In this document: in pieces, positions 57,572 to 64,000 of the stretch
Numbering within the stretch: the stretch's first letter is position 1
How the letters are laid out: the number at the start of each line of letters is the position of its first letter
NCBI RefSeq assembly: GCF_963506605.1
Contig: NC_083288.1
Span: 45,880,001 to 45,944,000, forward strand
Length of the DNA: 64,000 nucleotides
DNA from: Zootoca vivipara
Taxonomy: Eukaryota
Reading direction: 5' to 3'
Made by a program: the position numbers and the translations under genes
Notes under the pieces: generated by a model
Seen by the model: only the letters and a program-made list of their open reading frames with translations
Told to the model about the DNA's origin: nothing
Database searches by the model: none

Positions 57572-60500
57572 ATGGCTGGGGCAGATTCCACAGGGGGTGA
57601 TGCACTGGGACAACCGATCTCAGTGGTCACGGGTAGGAGGAGGAGTTACGCTAAGACCAGACCATGTCATTACCGAGGAGGCAGACTTAGTCGTTGTCTG
57701 AGGACTATCCCTGCCTCCGGGTCTGGTCCTGACCGGACGGATATTGGAATCAGCAAGGGATACCCACATGACCTGAAGGTGCTGCTGTGCAATGCCAGGT
57801 CGATGATGAATAAGACCACTGCCATTCACGACCTGATTGTGGATGGAGGATTTGACCTGGCATGTGTGACAGAGACCTGGTTGGATGAAGCCGATGGGCC
57901 CGTTCTTGGCGCTGCTTGTCCACCAGGTTTCTCTTATGCACAGCAACCCAGGCCATCTGGGCGGGGAGGGGGGGTTGCAGTGATTTTTAGGAAGTCATTA
58001 GTTTGTACCAGGCGTCCTATTGGTAAGACGGAGTTTTCTGAGTGCATGTTCTGGAAGTTGGGCAATAGGGGCAGTACAGGATTCCTTTTGGTGTACCGAC
58101 CTCCCCGCTGCACCAAGGATTCCCTGCCCGAGCTGCTTCAGGTCGTGTCGGATGTGCTCCTGGAGACACCTAGCTTGGTTGTCTTAGGGGATTTTAACAT
58201 CCATGCCGACACGACCTTACAAGGAGCCGCTCGGGACTTTGTGGAAAGCATGGCCACCATGGGGCTGTCCCTGAATAAGTCTGGCCCAACTCATAGCCGC
58301 GGACATGCCTTGGACTTGGTGTTCACCTCTATGGATGTTGGTGATCTGACATTAAGTAAAAGCGAAACAAAAGAAGTGCCATGGTCAGATCACTTTCTGG
58401 TGCAACTGGACTTCTCCGCAACCCTTCCCCTCTGCAGGGAGGTGGGACCGATTCGGATGGTCCGCCCCCGCTACTTAATGGATCCAATTGGCTTCCAGAG
58501 AGTGGTAGGGGATGTTTTATCCCATGTCGATGGCCTTTCAGCTGATTCCCTGGTGGCCCGCTGGAATGCGGAGTTAACCAGCGCTATTGACTGTCTGGCT
58601 CCGAAGCGCCCTCTCAGATTGCATGGAGCCCGGACAGCCCCGTGGTTTTCCCCGGCGCTGAGGGTGATGAAACAGTCGTTGAGACGGCTAGAGCGCCGGT
58701 GGCGGAAAACTCATTTTGAATCAGACCGGACACGGGCTAGAGCTCAAATTCGAGCCTACCAAGTGGCAATGGCGACGGCGAAGAGGACCTTCTTCACCGT
58801 CTCCATCGCATCTGCAGAAAACAGCAGCAGGAGACTCTTCCAGGTGGTTCGCAATTTAGCGGAACCACCTGCTCCATCCGGGCCCAGTACGGGCCACATG
58901 ATCTCCTGCAATGATTTTGCAAAGTTTTTTGCAGATAAAGTCGCTCAGATTCGGGAAGAGGTAGACTCCACCGTGGGGGCAGGGCCGGGGCAGGGGAGTG
59001 CTAGAGTCCTGTCTAGTCAAGTTTTGTGGGATCAATTTCAATCTGTTACCTCCGAGGATGTGGACAGGCTGCTTCGACGAGTGAAACCAACCACCTGTCT
59101 CCTTGATCCTTGCCCATCCTGGCTTATAAAAGCTAGCCAGGAAGGGCTGGGCGATGGGCTTCGCGGGTTGGTAAATGCTTCTCTCCATGAAGGAGCCTTC
59201 CCAGACCCGCTGAAAGAGGCGGTTATTAAACCGCTTCTTAAAAAACCATCTTTAGATCCGGCCAATATGGCCAACTATCGCCCAGTCTCAAATCTTCCAT
59301 TCTTGGGCAAGGTGGTTGAGCGAGTGGTTGCTGAACAACTTCAGGCACGCCTGGAAGAAGCGGACCATTTGGATCCCTTCCAGTCAGGATTCAGGCCTCA
59401 TCATGGGACTGAAACTGCCTTGGTCGCACTGGTCGATGATCTCCGGCGGGCTAGGGACAAAGGTAAGAGCTGTTTCCTTGTTCTGCTGGATCTCTCAGCG
59501 GCTTTTGACACCATCGACCATAACATCCTTCTGGATCGTCTAGAGGGTTTGGGAGCTGGGGGCACTGTCATGCAGTGGTTCCGCTCCTTCCTCCTGGGCC
59601 GTGTTCAGAAAGTGGTGGTGGGGGATGAGTGTTCAGACCCCTGGGCTCTCACTTGTGGGGTGCCTCAGGGTTCTGTCCTCTCCCCCATGCTTTTTAACAT
59701 CTATATGCAGCCGCTGGGAGAGATCATCAGGGGGTTTGGGCTGGGTGTCCATCAGTATGCTGATGATACCCAGCTCTACCTCTCTTTTAAATCAGAACCA
59801 GTGAAGGCAGTGAAGGTCCTGTGTGAGTGCTTGGAGGCGGTTGGAGGATGGATGGCGGCTAACAGATTGAGATTGAATCCTGACAAGACAGAAGTACTGT
59901 TTGTGGGGGACAGGAGGCGGGCAGGTGTGGAGGACTCCCTGGTCCTGAATGGGGTAACTGTGCCCCTGAAAGACCAGGTGCGCAGCCTGGGAGTCATCTT
60001 AGACTCACAGCTGTCCATGGAGGCACAGGTCAACTCTGTGTCCAAGACAGCTGTTTATCAGCTCCATCTGGTACGCAGGCTGAGTCCCTACCTGCCCGCT
60101 GACTGTCTCTCCAGAGTGGTGCATGCTCTAGTTATCTCTCGCTTGGACTACTGCAATGCGCTCTACGTGGGGCTACCTTTGAAGGTGACCCGGAAACTAC
60201 AACTAATCCAGAATGCGGAAGCTAGACTGGTGACTGGGAGCGGCCGCCGAGACCACATAACACCGGTCCTGAAAGACCTACATTGGCTCCCAGTACGTTT
60301 CCGAGCACAATTCAAAGTGTTGGTGTTGACCTTTAAAGCCCTAAACGGCCTCGGTCCGGTATACCTGAAGGAGCGTCTCCACCCCCATCGTTCTGCCCGG
60401 ACACTGAGGTCCAGCTCCGAGGGCCTTCTGGCGGTTCCCTCACTACGAGAAGCCAAGTTACAGAGAACCAGGCAGAGGGCCTTCTCGGTAGTGGCACCCA

Positions 60501-60604
60501 CCCTGTGGAATGCCCTCCCACTAGAGGTCAAAGAGAACAACAATTACCAGACCTTTAGAAGGCATCTCAAGGCAGCCCTGTTTAGGGAAGCTTTTAATGT
60601 TTGA
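57572..60604 (+). CDS. L2 ORF2 (APE endonuclease + RT), intact
   Basis: LCNARS, CVTETWL, GDFNIH, SDHFLV, NYRPVSNLPFLGK, LLDLSAAFDTIDH, GVPQGSVLSP and QYADDTQLY. First ATG at 57572. Confidence 0.93.
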   Translation: MAGADSTGGDALGQPISVVTGRRRSYAKTRPCHYRGGRLSRCLRTIPASGSGPDRTDIGISKGYPHDLKVLLCNARSMMNKTTAIHDLIVDGGFDLACVTETWLDEADGPVLGAACPPGFSYAQQPRPSGRGGGVAVIFRKSLVCTRRPIGKTEFSECMFWKLGNRGSTGFLLVYRPPRCTKDSLPELLQVVSDVLLETPSLVVLGDFNIHADTTLQGAARDFVESMATMGLSLNKSGPTHSRGHALDLVFTSMDVGDLTLSKSETKEVPWSDHFLVQLDFSATLPLCREVGPIRMVRPRYLMDPIGFQRVVGDVLSHVDGLSADSLVARWNAELTSAIDCLAPKRPLRLHGARTAPWFSPALRVMKQSLRRLERRWRKTHFESDRTRARAQIRAYQVAMATAKRTFFTVSIASAENSSRRLFQVVRNLAEPPAPSGPSTGHMISCNDFAKFFADKVAQIREEVDSTVGAGPGQGSARVLSSQVLWDQFQSVTSEDVDRLLRRVKPTTCLLDPCPSWLIKASQEGLGDGLRGLVNASLHEGAFPDPLKEAVIKPLLKKPSLDPANMANYRPVSNLPFLGKVVERVVAEQLQARLEEADHLDPFQSGFRPHHGTETALVALVDDLRRARDKGKSCFLVLLDLSAAFDTIDHNILLDRLEGLGAGGTVMQWFRSFLLGRVQKVVVGDECSDPWALTCGVPQGSVLSPMLFNIYMQPLGEIIRGFGLGVHQYADDTQLYLSFKSEPVKAVKVLCECLEAVGGWMAANRLRLNPDKTEVLFVGDRRRAGVEDSLVLNGVTVPLKDQVRSLGVILDSQLSMEAQVNSVSKTAVYQLHLVRRLSPYLPADCLSRVVHALVISRLDYCNALYVGLPLKVTRKLQLIQNAEARLVTGSGRRDHITPVLKDLHWLPVRFRAQFKVLVLTFKALNGLGPVYLKERLHPHRSARTLRSSSEGLLAVPSLREAKLQRTRQRAFSVVAPTLWNALPLEVKENNNYQTFRRHLKAALFREAFNV

Positions 60605-60720
60605 TGGATTTCTGTATTTTAATGTTTGATGGATCTCTGTATTTTAGAATTTCTGTTTTGTTGGAAGCCGCCCAGAGTGGCTGGGGGAACCCGGCCAGAT
60701 GGGCGGGGTATAAATAATAA

Positions 60721-60766
<46 letters not shown>

Positions 60767-60980
60767 TTAAGGGGCTGTCATTTCTCATTCAGCTCAACAG
60801 AGACACAAGACCTCATTTTGCTTGAGCAGGCAGAGGCCAATCCTGGCCGATGTTTATGTGACCCTTCCTTCCTGAATATTTGCAGAAGTGCTTACAAAAT
60901 TTTGGCAAAATTTGAGCCACCCCACCCCATGTTCTATTTAAGCCACTGGAGTATACCAATTGATGAAGTGCATTACTTAC

Positions 60981-61107
60981 CCATTTGGTCAGAGATCTTC
61001 CCTTCTGGGCATGGAGCACAATCATAGCAGCAAAACTTCTCACCTTCCTTCTTTTTCTTCTGATAACCAGTGCGGCAAGAATCTCCACATACAGAAATAG
61101 GTGTCAC
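60981..61107 (-). CDS. Vmn2r: V2R-E exon 5
   Basis: VTPISVCGDSCRTG...[17 protein letters not shown], 127 nt. Confidence 0.9.
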
Positions 61108-61347
61108 CTATCCAGAGCAATGAAGGGAGATAAATTGTGGGGTGGAGTGTTGATTTACTGTCACACAAAGAAAAATGATAACTATAGATGTGCCTAAATA
61201 CAGAACATGGCATGTTGCTCTCCCCCTGGACAGAGCTGTTCATAGCTTGTAGGGTATACTTCTGGATCATTTAGACCTCCAATCACATACCCTGAATCAC
61301 CTATCCTGATAATGGAGCTGTTGCCCAGAGTATCTAAGAATCCACAC

Positions 61348-61575
61348 CTGCTTAAAGCTGCTGTGCCACACAATGATATTGTCATTAATGGTGAATTGTT
61401 TCCCTTCCCCAGCACTCGGATCCATCATTCCAACTTTCATTTTAATAAAGGAATTGTTTGGGAACAGGTCCATGTTCATGATATCAAATCTGGCTATCAA
61501 TTCCCCATGGTCATCAAAAAACATTTTTTCTCCAGCTGAGTTGTTAAAAGAAATTCTTTGAAGAAAGGAGTGAAG
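61348..61575 (-). CDS. Vmn2r: V2R-E exon 4
   Basis: 228 nt, [16 protein letters not shown]...WHSSFKQ. Confidence 0.9.
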
Positions 61576-61772
61576 CTGGCAGGAACAAAAGGAAAAGGAA
61601 AAGGAGAAGCATGACGAAGTCGTTTTGTGAAGTTTTATGAACATGGGTATGACCTGGATAAGATAAAATCTTATTTGTGTCAGCCACAAGCCATAGCAAA
61701 TGAATCAAATACAATCAAGTACAGATATAGCTAGATGTCATTCGCTACAATATTTCCAAATAGTTTTATTAT

Positions 61773-61930
61773 TGTGCAGTGGTTGAACCTGGATCTGGGA
61801 GACCAAGGTTCAAAACACAACTTGGCTATGAAGCTCAATTAATGACCTTGGGCCAGTCACTGCCTCTCAGCTTCATCTGCCTCATAGGGTTGTTGTGGGA
61901 CTGAATTGAGGAGAACTATGTATGCTACCG
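61773..61930 (+). mobile_element. Old CORE/MIR-like SINE
   Basis: gtgcagtggtt, aggttcaaa and tgaccttgggccagtcac. Confidence 0.55.
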
Positions 61931-62659
61931 TGGAATATAAATGCAATTTTTAAAAATTGTTAAGGCTTGTATGAAATCAGAATGCTCCCTCCCCCAACAC
62001 CTCCCCAAATTAGAAGACACTAGATTCTCTTTCTGCATAGCATCTAGTCAGCATAGGAAAGATCAGCATTATTTCTCAGTAGCTTTAGTTGCTTCAGGAG
62101 GGGTGATCTCAGAAGGTGATGCTGGGAGACTGCTTTTCCACACAATCAATGTTGTGAAAACATAATAATGGCCTATATCCCAGTATCACATTGGCCAACA
62201 CAGTACCTTTGAGAAGTTCACAATCAAGCCTTGAATGCAAAGACGTTCTCCCCATTAATGATTCCCAGTGCCTGGTATTCAGAGGCATACTGAAATGGAC
62301 AGGTGAGGAACCATCAAGTGTCTGTCATCTACCTGACAATTCTAGGGGAAATCATCAGTATTGTGATTTAAACCAATTTCAGAACTCATCATCTGATTAC
62401 AAGGTGTTTGAAATTGGTGCTAGTTCAGGAAAGGATAAGAGTGAATAAGCTGAATCTTTTCTGAATCAAGAACTGTCCGAGAACTTCCATCACCCACAAT
62501 ATCTGAGGACCCAAGTTTGAAGAACATCATTATCAGGTAGCTTGGGCAGCAAATGACAATGATCATAACAATTAAATCATTTTACATGGGTGTGAGTGAT
62601 AGGTGCTCTTTCACTTTCTACTTTACCAGAATAAAACCATTTCATTTGGGAGACATTAC

Positions 62660-63523
62660 CTGCCAAGGTTGAACACTGTGAAGGTCAAGACTTTCAAACG
62701 CCATCACTGCTCTGTACTTGACCCAAGAGGAGTAAGTGGCATGCAAAGCATGTGCTATAGCATAGACGGCATTATAGACACTGTAACTGTGGCCAGTCAT
62801 GCCCATTTCAAACACAGACCTGGGAAGGCTTTCCGGTTTCTCATCTCCAGTACATGTTGCATTCAGTATCTCCGACAACACGGAATTTGAAAAAGAACAT
62901 TCAAACGCCTGCTCCCAGAAAACTTTGAAAAATCCATCTTCATCTGCAGAGTTGGGTTTTTTGTTCTGGATATATGTTTGGAACCCATTAGGTTCATTTG
63001 AGTGAATTGCGAAAGATATGGCTCCATGGAATAGTTGAAAATTCCATGTCCTTATCATGGATGTTACAGAAAAATCTATCTGAGCTGTCATAATCCATAC
63101 TTTCCCAACAGAAGTGACTTCATTATATTCATGGAAGAATATAGCTACTATGGTGGTCAACCACATGATGGTCATAGTTTCACCATAAGTGACAAAAGCT
63201 GTGGCTTTGCTCTCCATGAAAGGGATGTTAATACTCCACCCCATATCAATCAATTCATCAAAAGAAAGGAAATTGCCTTGGTTTGGGATTCTTTGTATGA
63301 AAGCTGGACAGATTCTATTCTGGGAAAGCAGGGGCTCTAAAGCCTGCAAAAAATGGTCTCCACTGTCATCATCCACAGCAAAGAGCCCAATCCATGTCCA
63401 TCCAAAATGCTGAAGCAAATGGATAATGCCCATATACTGCTGGGATTCACTGGGCACCATGCGGTAAAAGGAAGAGGCATGTTTTGTATGACCCTCTTTC
63501 AGGGCAAAGGATCCATACGCAAG
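62660..63523 (-). CDS. Vmn2r: V2R-E exon 3
   Basis: 864 nt, open, LAYGSF...VQPWQ. Confidence 0.9.
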
Positions 63524-63803
63524 CTGAAAGACCAAAATAAAAATAAAGATTGCTTGTATAGAGCTTGGATATTAAGAAAACCTGAGTGCATTCTTATGTG
63601 ATTGCCTTTTATACCGCATATGTGGAGGTAAAATTCTTCTTTTAATTTCTACCTTTGCTTAAACACAACAGTGTTATCTTCAATGGTTCATTGGGATATT
63701 GCATTTGGAAGAAACGTGGTAACATAATTTAATCTATACACAGTCTCATGATAAAGGGTGTGTGTGTGTGCTAGACTCCCCTTACTCTGTCCCCTCTTTT
63801 TTA

Positions 63804-63888
63804 CCAGTTTTGAGAAGCCATTCCCCAGTTTCCCAGTTTTGAGAAGCAATTCCCCAGTTTACCAGTTTTGAGAAGCCATCCCCTAGTT
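63804..63888. repeat. 3 x ~29-bp minisatellite
   Basis: ccagttttgagaagccattccccagttt repeated. Confidence 0.8.
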
Positions 63889-63954
63889 CTTTAAATATTG
63901 GACAATTATTATTATTATTTTATTATTTTTTTACAGACAGCCTTTCCTTTGTGG

Positions 63955-64000
63955 CAGGGGTCAGCAAACTTTTTCAGCAGGGGGCCGGTCCACTGTCCCT
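63955..64000. mobile_element. Start of a hAT (Charlie-like) element cut by the window edge
   Basis: CAGGGGTCAGCAAACTTTTT terminus. Confidence 0.55.

Larger units (their letters stand above)
56101..60763 (+). mobile_element. Near-full-length L2-clade LINE in V2R-E intron 5 (5' boundary tentative)
   Basis: Intact EN-RT ORF, 3'UTR and (TTA)n tail at 60720-60763. Confidence 0.8.
50810..63523 (-). pseudogene. Vmn2r: V2R-E (exons 3-6 in window), disrupted by a Helitron in exon 6
   Basis: Exons 62660-63523, 61348-61575 and 60981-61107. Exon 6 = 54166-54725 + 50810-51151 (560+342 = 902 nt, in frame when rejoined). Exons 1-2 lie beyond the window. Confidence 0.9.

Noticed and set aside
2629-63523. 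Assignment as CASR, GPRC6A or TAS1R, or to a specific numbered Vmn2r ortholog
   Set aside because: The tandem multi-copy layout, short C-tails and exon sizes fit expanded V2Rs. One-to-one orthology cannot be judged without a tree.

Overview
Vertebrate genomic DNA. The Sauria-type SINE, RTE-BovB, Rex1, L2 and L1 content points to a squamate lizard (inference, possibly a lacertid). The window holds a tandem cluster of minus-strand vomeronasal type-2 receptor (V2R, class C GPCR) genes with the canonical 6-exon layout: 209-215 / 292 / 864-867 / 222-228 / 127 / 902 nt. V2R-A (2629-8607) is a young pseudogene with an 11-bp deletion in exon 2 and an L2 inserted in exon 4. V2R-B (11535-18769) is open but has a GC donor at intron 4. 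V2R-C (29550-34387) and V2R-D (39415-44440) are intact. V2R-E (exons 3-6, 50810-63523) has its 7TM exon split by a 3014-bp non-autonomous Helitron made largely of hairpins, including an ~18 x 152-bp double-hairpin tandem array. There is also an older V2R relic at 1637-1982 and several orphan V2R fragments. A and B come from a tandem duplication. Upstream of B, a solo LTR has captured a BovB, a hAT MITE and a full-length intact L1, each with its own TSD. An intact single-ORF L2 with a 247-bp repeat array upstream lies in intron 5 of E. The four V2R promoters in the window share a TATA-like box and an invariant TTGGATAATTGCAG motif. All coordinates and alignments were read by eye; no searches were run.
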